A stretch of 64,000 nucleotides of DNA from Mytilus trossulus (lineage: Eukaryota): contig NC_086379.1 in NCBI RefSeq assembly GCF_036588685.1, positions 14,384,001 through 14,448,000 on the forward strand, read 5' to 3'. How positions within the stretch are numbered: the stretch's first letter is position 1; every line of letters starts with the position of its first letter. Of this stretch, positions 12,901 to 24,900 are shown in pieces. The notes beneath the pieces were generated by a model, which was not told where the DNA came from, searched no databases, and saw only the letters and a program-made list of their open reading frames with translations. The translations under genes and the position numbers were made by a program.

Positions 12901-15900
12901 TAATTTGTCGTTATCTTATACAGTTTTTGGAAATAAGAGAGAATAAGCCAAATTCAAAAATTTGAATATGACCTTGACCTAATTTTCATTTTTTGAGACC
13001 AAGGACCTCAAATCTAAAGATCCTAGGTCTCTAGCACTTATGGTTTACAAGATAGAAATGCATATCACTTATATCAAATGCATTAGGGGAAATAACTCTC
13101 ATATGGAGCGTTCATATCACTTCGGTCAAAATAGGACAAATCATGCGAAGGATATAACGAGCAATTTTGTAAAATAAATTTGTCATAATATTTCACGGTT
13201 GCGAAGGAGTTGCGCTAACAAGGAAAACAGTGTTTGGGGAGATAACTCCTACAAAGAAAAGTATTCGTTTACGCAGGGTAAATTTCAAAAGCGCATAAAC
13301 TGTTCGATATTATATACCAAATATCTAAGCGACATATTGCGAAACAAATGTTTATCGCAAGAACAAAATTAGGCGGAAGAAAAAAAAATAATCAGAAGAA
13401 AAACAATAGGTCTTTCCACAGAAAGGTGGAAAGACCTAATAATCAGAAGAAAAACAAAAGGTCTTTCCACAGAAAAGTGGAAAGACCTAAATATCGACAG
13501 TATGATATATATCATGGTTATTCAATATGAACTTTGGATGGCTGCATAACAGTAAATATAAAAACAAGAAGATTTGTATGATTATCAACGAGACAACTCA
13601 AAATCAGAGACCACATGGTGAAGAGGCAACGATTATATGTGAACATACGGGCTTCCACAATGCGATTGAAGGCTGTACGATGACTTAAAGTTGTTAATTT
13701 CTGTGTCATTTGGTCTCTTGTTGAGAGTTGTCTCATTGGCAATCATACCACCTCTTCTTTTTGTGTTCGTTTATAACCCCAAATAGAAGAAAAAGCTATA
13801 TATACAAGGCATATAAATAACAAATCACGGTAACACATTTCAAACGAGAAAACAAGTACAGCTTTTTGTTTAAAATACATTCTCTTATGGCTCTCCGTTA
13901 TATATATGCTAGACATATTTACCACTAGCAATTCAGGAAATTCATATCTCCTCTAGAATTACAGTACTAAAATGATATAGGGTAGCACAATACAAAAAAA
14001 ATTTCACACCAATCTGACAATTTTAAACTGATGTAGTTTCTTTCACCTAGTTTAAAATTTTATAAATGAGGTACCGAAAAGAAAGAATAAAGGTTAATTT
14101 CTTATATTATGGTGATAACTTTATTTTTACATTATTATGACATAAGTAATAAGTTGCTATATTGTGATGTTCCCTCTTGAAAAAGATTAGATTCTTTGTA
14201 AATAAAAACACCCTATCATATTTAATAGATCCTTGTATATCACAGTTTTATCCCAAAAGGATGTATCAGATTTTTCCTTTTGTATCTCATTCTCTCATAA
14301 ACTTTCATTGACGTTTGACACCACAATTCATAATTTGGTATAACATTTGTTCTATTGATATTTTTGGAAATCTGAGACACTCTTTTGGTCAAGGAACAAC
14401 ATGTGTGAAAATCAGGCATATAGAGGCATCAATCTAGGAGCTCATTTCATTAAAAATTACATTTTCATAATAATAAATTAATGTGTCACAATTGTATCAA
14501 TCAGGATTTTCCTAATTGTACCCAATTACTTTTCTTTAATATTCTTTATAACCTTAGGTTTTGTCTTCCTTAAGAACTGTTCTAATCATAGGCAGTCAAT
14601 CTTGCATCCCCTGGGAGTATAAAACACAAAAATGTCATACATCCGTTAATGAGATTACCAAACTTGTTATTAGTAACAGGTGCTTGTTTTTTGTGTATTG
14701 TTTCAGCTTAGAAATATGAGACTTTTCGTTGTCTATATATATGTACAACTCGTCTAAACATCAACCCTACAATGTTAGATCTATAAATTTGTTCTTCCCT
14801 CGCCGGAATTCGAACCCATGCTACTGAGATATCGTGACACCAAATTGCCTGCACTGTAGCCGTCCCGCTAGACCACACGACCGTCTGGGCTTCACAAAAA
14901 TAAAGTTTTCGGTGTCCGTTTGTTACCTTTCCTCGTCAGTTTTAATCTAGCAGCATACTACAGTACATGATATATAAGGCATGGAGATATTATTGTTACA
15001 GATCAGCTCAATTATCTATAGTAAAGGATCCTACAAATTAATGCAAGATACAGTCACATAAAATAATTAAATTTATAAGTACGTCTGAGTCAGTGACAAC
15101 TCTACAACAGATGTATCCATCTGAAATCATCTCTTTTTGTCGCAAAGGTTTGTTTTCAACCTACCATCAGTGTCAATTTCTATATTTAAGTCAAGATATG
15201 AGGCTGACTTAACTGTATCTGTAGTATCCTTTATTTCTAGTTTGCTGGCGTAGAAAGCAGAAAATAAATTTAAGTTCCTTTATGAAGTTAGCCTCGTAAT
15301 AATAAAGAAACAGGAATACACATATTTATTCATACAAATGTTGGTTTTACTCATTTTTTTAAAATTCAAAATCTGAACATGCAATATGGAGCCAATGCGT
15401 ATGAACAGTTTCTTTAACTATCTCTAAAACATCTTTAATTATACATGTTTTGTGTTATCCAGAGAATATATTGTTTTCAGATTCACCTTTATACATTCCT
15501 GATAAATTTCCAAACAATAAATGTCTTGTATTAAAGATATCAGGGCCTAAACTGTCGACCTGCATGAAGAGGATATGCGAGATAAGCGGTGAGATAAATA
15601 TATACTAATACCATTCTGGAGAAACCGCATTTCAGTTTGCTAGATAAATTGTTTTACATAATGACAGTTCCAAAGTATATGTTCAATTGATTTATATTCA
15701 GTCTAACAATACGTACAATATGGGATTTGAACTAATCCATTTTTTTACTCCTGTAGGAACAGTGCAATTTTTTGTATGCATCCAAATACATATTTTTACT
15801 CCCTTTTAGTTTTGAGAATGGTTTTTAAACAGATGGTATGAAAGTAAATACTTATTTATAATCTCCCTTATTTATTGTGTTGGAAGTCTTAGTTAGCGTA

Positions 15901-18900
15901 AAAATTATGGTATTATTTCATGATGTCTAAATTCATATGAAAAACTCCTAAAACTCATGAAATTTTAAAAGGTATCATTCTCCCCATCAATAGAAAAAAC
16001 TGGATTGTGGTCAATTTGAAATAGATTATTCATCCAAATTGTACAGGAAAGAAAATATTCCCAGTCGTGTAAATTCATTTCTTTTTCAATTACCATTTGC
16101 CAAGCACTCATTGTATTATTTAGACTTTGTTGTAGTTGCTTTATATAGCTATAACCACAACTAAAAATTATATCTGTGTCAACATATATGAAGGACATAA
16201 ATAAATTTTGCACTGTACACTCAATTCTTAAAATCCATTTGATCCAATTTCATGTCAAAGCATTTATAAAAGCATTTGATCATCTTAGGGCCCCATCCAA
16301 AAATCATTTTGTAGCACATTTTTTTCACTCATTGGACTTGTGATTTCCAAAAAAAAACATGGATGGGCTTACTCAACTATTCCAGAAAGTCGGTTGTTCT
16401 GTCTGTTAACTCCAGATTCTTCTACCAAAAAAAGTGGTCGCCTTTTTATATAATTTTAATTCGTTTTTGCGTAAAACTTTGAATTAACTATACGAACATT
16501 ATCATGGTTGTATTACACTCATTTTATGACAAATGATCTATTTTCGAACAGAACTCAAGACCGATGTCTTACTCAAGGCAATTAAAATAAGATATAATGT
16601 AGTTAAAGCTGTCAAAATAATAAATATCAATGCGTCCGAAGCGAATTTCTTGATTTTCCTTTACAAGAACCCTTAAAACCGAATAATTGAAAGCCAAGTA
16701 TTCATCTTGTATTTCCATATATCAAATTGTCTGTTCCAAAACATAATTAACGGCTGTCGCCACTTTTGAAAAAATGCTTATTTATGATAGAACTTTTTTT
16801 TTCTAATCTGTATCATATGTTCAGTTTCGTTTAATTGAATTTGTGACGTTTAAATTTTATTTTGCAACTTTATAGCATCTCCAACATTGAAGGGTTGCCA
16901 TCTTTATACGTTAAGTAAATATGAAGTGGCTGCATTTACATGACTTCTTAAAAGACGTTTATCTTGGTATTTTCTGTTACTATTTTTTTAAGGGTTTAAT
17001 AAATATCATTGGCCTTCACCCCTCTGATATCTAGAATATTGGAATATTGGATATTGGATATACAGATATGTATTGATTTCATAAGCAACATGTTGTTGAC
17101 ATTGATTTTAATTGACAATGCTGTAAAGCACTTCCTTCAATACCTTATTTACGATATTTGGATCGATCTTTGTTCTTTCTAATAACCATTGAAGTATGTG
17201 GAGGTGTCCATCTCTAACAGCTGAGTGTAAAAGAGTGTCATTATCCTGCAAAACATAAGTTACAATGTTCATAGTATCATTTGGTGGTAAAAACAAAACT
17301 TGTAGACATTTGAGGCCTCCATCACAATAATCTTTTTGTAGTACATTTTTTAACTTGTGATTTTCAAAAAAAACATAGATGTGCATGGCCAAGTATTCCA
17401 GAAAGTCGTTTTTTTTTGTCTGTTTTATAACCAAGACTCTGCCACCAATATAAACTAGACGCCTTAGTATAACCATTTTAATTTTAAGTGGCGTTTAACT
17501 TATAATCAAATACACGAATATTATCATGGTTCTATTACACTCGTTTTACAATATATCATCTCGTTTCGGGCAGATTTAAAGATCGATGTCTCATTCGAGG
17601 CAATTAAAATATGATATGATGTAGTTAAAACTGTCAAAATAATAAATGTCAATGCGTCCGAAGCGAATTTCTTGATTTTTATTTACAAGAACCCTCAAGC
17701 CGAATAATTGAAAGCCAAGTATTAATCTTGTATTTCATTGTATCAAATGGATTATTGTCAGTTCTCAAAAATATAATATAAGGCTTTTATCCCTTTTAAA
17801 AAAACATTTGCTTATTTATGATATGACCTTTTCTTTAAATCTGTATCATATGTTCAGTTTTGTTTAATTAAATTTAGTTAATTTTTAATTTGCCACACTA
17901 TTACATTTTCACTTGAATTAAATATGTAGTTGCTGCATTCACACGACCCATGACAGATATTTACCAAGTTTTTGTTTTGTTTTTGTTGGGTTTTTTTTTG
18001 GGTTTTTTTTTTTAATATCATTGTCCTTCACCCCTTTGATATCTAGTATATTGGATAGATATGTATTCATTTCATAAGAAACATTGTGTTGACATTGATT
18101 TTGATTTTAATTGACAATGATGTAAAACACTTTCTTCAATACCTTATTTTCCTCTTTTGGATCGATCTTTGTTCTTTCTAATAACCATTGAAGTATGTTG
18201 AGGAGTCCACCTCTTACAGCTGAGTGTAAGAGATTGTCACCATCCTGGAAAAAAAGTTGCAATGTTCATAGTATCATTCGTTGGTATAAAAACAATGTAT
18301 AGACATCTTAGGCCTCTATCACAATAATCATTTTGCAGTACATTTTTTTATCCCTCTCTGAAATTGTAATTTCCAAATAAACATGGATGTGCATGGCCAA
18401 GTATTCCATAAAGTCGGTTGTTCTCTCCGTGAACCTCAGATTCTTCCACTAACAAAAACTTTTCGCCTTAGTATAATCATTTTAATTCCAAGTGGCGTTA
18501 AACTTATAATAAAAAAAACATGTACTTTATATGGTTGTATTACACTCATATTATAACAAATGATATATTCATGGGCAGATTTAAAGATCGATGTCTCATT
18601 CAAGGCAATTGAAATATGATATCATGTAGTTAAAGCTGTCAAAATAATCAATTTCATTGCGTCCGCAGCGAATTCCTGGATTTTCCTTAACAATAACTCT
18701 TAAAGCCGAATAATTGAAAGCCAAGTATTGGACTTGTATTTCCTTGTATCAAATGGACTATTGTCAGTTCTCAAAAACATACTTAAAGGCTTTGTTCGCT
18801 TTTAAAAGAAACATTTACTAACTCATGATAGGACCTTTTTTCAATCTATATCATATGTTTAGTTTCGTTTAATTAAATTTGTTACGTGAAATTGTTTTTC

Positions 18901-21900
18901 GCAACACTATTACATTAAAAGGGTTACAATCTTTACACATGAATTAAATTTGTAATGGCTGCATTTACATGACTTTCTGAAATATGTTGATCACGGTATT
19001 TTTTTTTTCGTTGTTTTTTGTTGTTTCTTTTTTTTAAATATCATTGCCCTTCACCACTCATTTCTAATATATTGGGTAGATATGTATTCATTTCATAAGA
19101 AACATGTTGTTGACATTGATTTTAATTGACAATATTGTAAAGCACTATCTTCAATACCTTATTAACGCTATATGGATCGATCTTTGTTCTTTGTAACAAC
19201 CATTGAAGTATAATGATGCGTCCATCTCTTACAGCTAAATGTAAAAGAGTGTCACCATCCTGTAAAAACAAGTTGCAATGTTAATAGTATCATTCGTTGG
19301 TATAAAAAAAACTCATAGACATCTTAGGCCTCCATCACATTAATCATTTTGTAGTACATTTTTTTTTATCAATCTATGAACTTGTGATTTCCAATTAACA
19401 TGGATGTGCTTTTACAATATTCCAGAAAGTCGGTTGTTCTGTCTGTGAACCTCAGATTCTTCCACCAACAAAAACTGGTCACCTTAGTTTAACCATTTTA
19501 ATTCTAAGTGGCGTTAAACTTATAATAATAATACACGAACTTTATATAGTTGTATTTCACTCATATTATAACAAATGATCTCTTTATGAACATATTTAAA
19601 ATAATAATAATACACGAACTTTATATAGTTGTATTTCACTCATATTATAACAAATGATCTCTTTATGAACATATTTGAAGATCGATATCTTACTTAAGGC
19701 AATTGAAATATGCTATGATGTAGTTGAAGCTGTCAAAAAAATAATTTCCAATGCGTCCGCATCGAATTTCCTTATTTTCCTTTACAAACCATCAAAGTCG
19801 AATACTTGAAAGCCAAGTATTTAACTTGTATTTCCTTGTATTGATTGGACTATTGTCAGTTCTCGAAAATATAATTAACGGCTTTTGTAACTTCTAAAAC
19901 ACATTTGCTTATTTATGATAGGACCTTTTTTTTAATCTGTATCAATGTTCAGTTTCGTGTTAATACATTTGTTAGGTTAAATTTAGTTTTGCAACACTAT
20001 TACATTTCCAACATTGAAGGGTTACCATCTTAACACTTGCATTAAATATAAAGTGGCTGCCTATACATGATTTCATGAAAAACGTTTATCTTGGTATTTG
20101 TTTTATTTATTTTTTTATTTTTTTTATTTTTTTTTAAATCACTATCCTCCACCCCTCTGATATCTAGTATACTGGGTAGATATGTATTCATTTCATACGC
20201 AACATGTTGTTGGCATTGATTTTAATTGACAATGCTGTAAAGCACTTCCTTCAATACCTTATTTAAACTTTTTGGATCGATCTTTGTTCTTTCTAATAAC
20301 CATTGAAGTATGATGAGGTGGTCACCTCTTACAGCTGAGTGTAAGATATTGTCACCATCCTGGAAAAAAAAGTTGCAATGTTCATAGTATCATTCGTTGG
20401 TATAAAAACAATTTATAGACAGCTTAGGCCTCTATCACAATAATCATTTTGCAGTACATTTTTTATCACTCTATTAACTTGTAATTTCCAAATGAACATG
20501 GATGTGCATGGCTCGGTTGTTCTCTCCGTGAACCTCAGATTCTTCCACTAACAAAAACTTGTCGCCTTAGTATAATCATCTTAATTCTAAGTGGCGTTAA
20601 ACTTATAATAAAAAAAACATGTACTTTATATGGTTGTATTACACTCATATTATAACAAATGATATATTCATGGGCAGATTTAAAGATCGATGTCTCATCC
20701 AAGGCAATTGAAATATGATATCATGTAGTTAAAGCTGTCAAAATAATAATTTCCAATGCGTCCGCATCGAATTTCCTTATTTTCCTTTACAAACCATCAA
20801 AGTCGAATACTTGAAAGCCAAGTATTTAATTTGTATTTCCTTGTATTGATTGGACTATTGTCAGTTCTCGAAAATATAATTTACGGCTTTTATAACTTCT
20901 AAAACACATTTGCTTATATATGATAGGACCTTTTTTTTAATCTGTATCAATGTGCAGTTTCGTGTTATTACATTTGTTAAGTTAAATTTAGTTTTGCAAC
21001 ACTATGACATTTCCAACATTGAAGGGTTACCATCTTAACACTTGCATTAAATACGAAGTGGCTGCCTATACATGATTTTACGAAAAACGTTTATCTTGGT
21101 TTTTGTTTTATTTTTGTTATTTTTTGTTTTTTTGGTTTTTTTTTAAATCACTATCCACCACCCCTCTGATATCTAGTATACTGGGTAGATATGTATTCAT
21201 TTCATACGCAATATGTTGTTGACATTGATTTTAATTAACAATGCTGTAAAGCACTTCCTTCAATACCTTATTTACGCTTTTTGGATCGATCTTTGTTCTT
21301 TCTAATAACCACTGAAGTATGTTGAGGTGTCCACCTCTTACAGCTGAATGTAAGATATTGTCACCATCCTGGAAAAAAAGTTGCAATGTTCATAGTATCA
21401 TCTTAGGCCTCTATCACAATAATCATTTTGCAGTACATTTTTTATCACTCTATTAACTTGTAATTTCCAAATGAACATGGATGTGCATGGCTCGGTTGTT
21501 CTCTCCGTGAACCTCAGATTCTTCCACTAACAAAAACTTGTCGCCTTAGTATAATCATCTTAATTCTAAGTGGCGTTAAACTTATAATAAAAAAACATGT
21601 ACTTTATATGGTTGTATTACACTCATATTATAACAAATGATATATTCATGGGCAGATTTAAAGATCGATGTCTCATTCAAGGCAATTGAAATATGATATC
21701 ATGTAGTTAAAGCTGTCAAAATAATAATTTCCAATGCGTCCGCATCGAATTTCCTTATTTTCCTTTACAAACCATCAAAGTCGAATACTTGAAAGCCAAG
21801 TATTTAACTTGTATTTCCTTGTATTGATTGGACTATTGTCAGTTCTCGAAAATATAATTAACGGCTTTTATAACTTCTAAAACACATTTGCTTATATATG

Positions 21901-24900
21901 ATAGGACCTTTTTTTTAATCTGTATCAATGTGCAGTTTCATGTTATTACATTTGTTAAGTTAAATTTAGTTTTGCAACACTATTACATTTCCAACATTGA
22001 AGGGTTACCATCTTAACACTTGCATTAAATATGAAGTGGCTGCCTATACATTATGTTATGAAAAACGTTTATCTTGGTTTTTGTTTTATTTTTGTTTTTT
22101 TTTTGTTTTTTGGGTTTTTTTTTAAATCACTATCCACCACCCCTCTGATATCTAGTATACTGGGTAGATATGTATTCATTTCATACGCAACATTTTGTTG
22201 ACATTGATTTTAATTGACAATGCTGTAAAGCACTTCCTTCAATACCTTATTTACGCTTTTTGGATCGATCTTTGTTCTTTCTAATAACCATTGAAGTATG
22301 TTGAGGTGTCCACCTCTTACAGCTGAGTGTAAGATATTGTCACCATCCTGGAAAAGAAAGTTGCAATGTTCATAGTATCATCTTAGGCCTCTATCACAAT
22401 AATCATTTTGCAGTACATTTTTTTATCACTCTATTAACATGTAATTTCCAAATGAACATGGATGTGCATGGCCAAGTATTCCATAAAGTCGGTTGTTCTC
22501 TCCTTGAACCTCAGATTCTTCCACTAACAAAAACTTGTCACCTTAGCTTAGAATTATCATTTAAATTCTAAGTGGCGTTAAACTTATAATAAAAAAACAT
22601 GTACTTTATATCGTTGTATTACACTTATATGATAACAAATGATCTATTGATGGGCAGATTTAACATGTTTAAAGGACTTTGTTTTAATCTATATCATATG
22701 TTCAGTTTCGTTTAATTATATTTGTGACGTTTAAATTTTATTTTGCAACACTATTATATCTCCAACATTGAGAAGTTACCATCTAAAAACTTGAATTAAA
22801 TATGTAGTAGCTGAATATACATGTTTTTGTTGGATTTTTGTTAAATATCATTGCCCTTCACCCCTCCGATATCTAGTATATTGGATAGATGTGTTGACAT
22901 TGATTTTTTGTTGACAATGTTTACGCTATTTCGATCGATCTTTGTCCTTTCTAATAATCGTGAAGTATTTTCAGCTGTTTACCTTTTACAGCTGAGTGTA
23001 AATAAACTCATCATATATACCAGGATTACCAGTAACTTTATATATACGCCAGACGCGCGTTTCGTCTAAAAAAAGACACATCAGTGACGCTCGAATCAAT
23101 GATGTTATAAAGGCCAAATAAAGTACGAAGTTGAAGAGCATTGAGGACCCAAAATTCATAAAAGTTTTGTCAAATACAGCTAAGGTAGTGTCACCATCCT
23201 GGAAAAAAATTGCAATGTTCATAGCATCATTCGTTGGTATAAAAAAAACTAGTAGATTTGATTTGAGAACACAAAGAAGCATTCACTAACTATTTGCGAA
23301 GTAAACTTACGAAATTTAAAATCGTTTTTAGACATCACATTTTTCTTCAAACCGTAAAAGATCAAATCACAAAAATAAAACTTCGAGGAAAATTCAAAAC
23401 GAAAAGTCCCTAATCAAATGGAATAATGAAAAGTTTCCAACACATCAAACGAATAGTTTGCAACTGTATTTTAAAAAAGAACATAGCTTGTGTCTATAAA
23501 AAATGTTTAGATTGCAAGTTATTAAGCCGTCGATAAAGTATTTGCTGATTTAGCTTCCTCCACCAACAAAAAATAGTCATTATATATGCTAATAGGCATT
23601 ATCACCGAGCATGGCCATACTCATCATCAAACAAATAAACAAATATTATCTTGGTACGATGTCTGATACGCCTAATACGGGCAGACACCAAGAGTGATGT
23701 CTCAATAAGGTAATAGAAATTTGATAAGACGCAATGAAAGTTTTCGACAGTATATTGTAGAAAGACACAACATGATAATATCTACGTTGTTTTGATATCT
23801 TGTGAAAAATTTTCTCATTGGCAATCAAATTATATCTTTTTAACTTCATAAGTGCAGGACATCATTCATTCATTCCCGGTTTTTTTTAATTTCATTCGTA
23901 TGTCATAAAATGTTAACAAATGTAGAGCGATATGGACACTCGTTTATGTCCCCTTTTTCTATTGAAACCCAAGACTTACTATATATAAACCATTCACGCA
24001 TTACATTGAATTCAAAACCAAGAACAGAAAATTATAAATAGTGATTAACTAAGTTTCAATATATAGAATCAAATGATGAGACACAAATATAACAGATAAA
24101 GTATCCTATATATGTGATGCAGATATTACATTTTACTGAAGATACAAAATCACATTTTAATGGAGGTTAAGAGAGCTTTAGCTGAATACGATTGTTTGTC
24201 ACAAGTTCAAGGTTTGATAACAATTAAAACATTAAACAAAATAATTAGAAATGTGGTGAAAAAAATAATATTTCTTAATAGATACCTATCTTTTACCAGA
24301 ATATCTCTGTAGCATGTGTAAATATGAATAGTATTGTGAATTTTTTTATCTAGAAAATGTTACAATATATTTAAAGGATTTTTCGTTAAAGGACATGCAC
24401 CCAATACAATTACTTATGAAGATACCATATAGTAGAAATACATTAAAACAATATTTTTTTGTTTTTTGTTTGACCTTTAATCCAAACACCAATCTCATTT
24501 CTTGGATTTTTTTGATTTTTACTGTCAAAATTCCAATATCCCACCAATCAGAATTTATACCACCAATAAGATATCAAAATACAATAATGAGATACAACGT
24601 AAGAATACAATACTGCAATATGATAAAAAAAAAAAAAAAAAAAAAAAAAAAGACATGTTATAGAGTACATGTACACTTCAACAATTGTTAAATGTCATAG
24701 TAGATTCAGCAATTTATTCAGAATATTTGTTTTAAGGGAATACGATACAGTAGCAGGGGCAGATAATAACGTTTTCAAAACTGTTCGTGTTGTTTTCGCG
24801 ACGTTGATAGCCAGAACGTTGTAATTTCGCGATGTTTCTAATAAAAACGTAAACATTTCGCGACGTCGCTTTAAAATAAGTCATATTTCGCGGAATATTC

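Larger units (their letters stand above)
16279..22860 (-). repeat. Tandem array of about 1-kb exon+intron units (six intact ankyrin exons)
   Basis: Exon starts at 17144, 18143, 19158, 20258, 21267 and 22246 (spacings 999, 1015, 1100, 1009, 979). Introns align along their full length; one unit has an internal 79-bp duplication (about 19523-19676). Confidence 0.95.

Noticed and set aside
13979-14710. MITE with gggtagcacaataca / tgtattgtttcagc ends
   Set aside because: TIR match is poor and the TSD is unclear.
18656-18705. Hammerhead relic in each ankyrin array intron (tgcgtccg.agcg...ttcct)
   Set aside because: Reminiscent of a hammerhead repeat, but no copy retains CUGANGA, so it cannot be supported from this window.
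16279-22860. CRISPR-like array or Dscam-style mutually exclusive cluster
   Set aside because: The units are 1-kb exon+intron duplicates in a eukaryotic gene. No docking or selector sequences were identified, and ankyrin repeats normally work in series.
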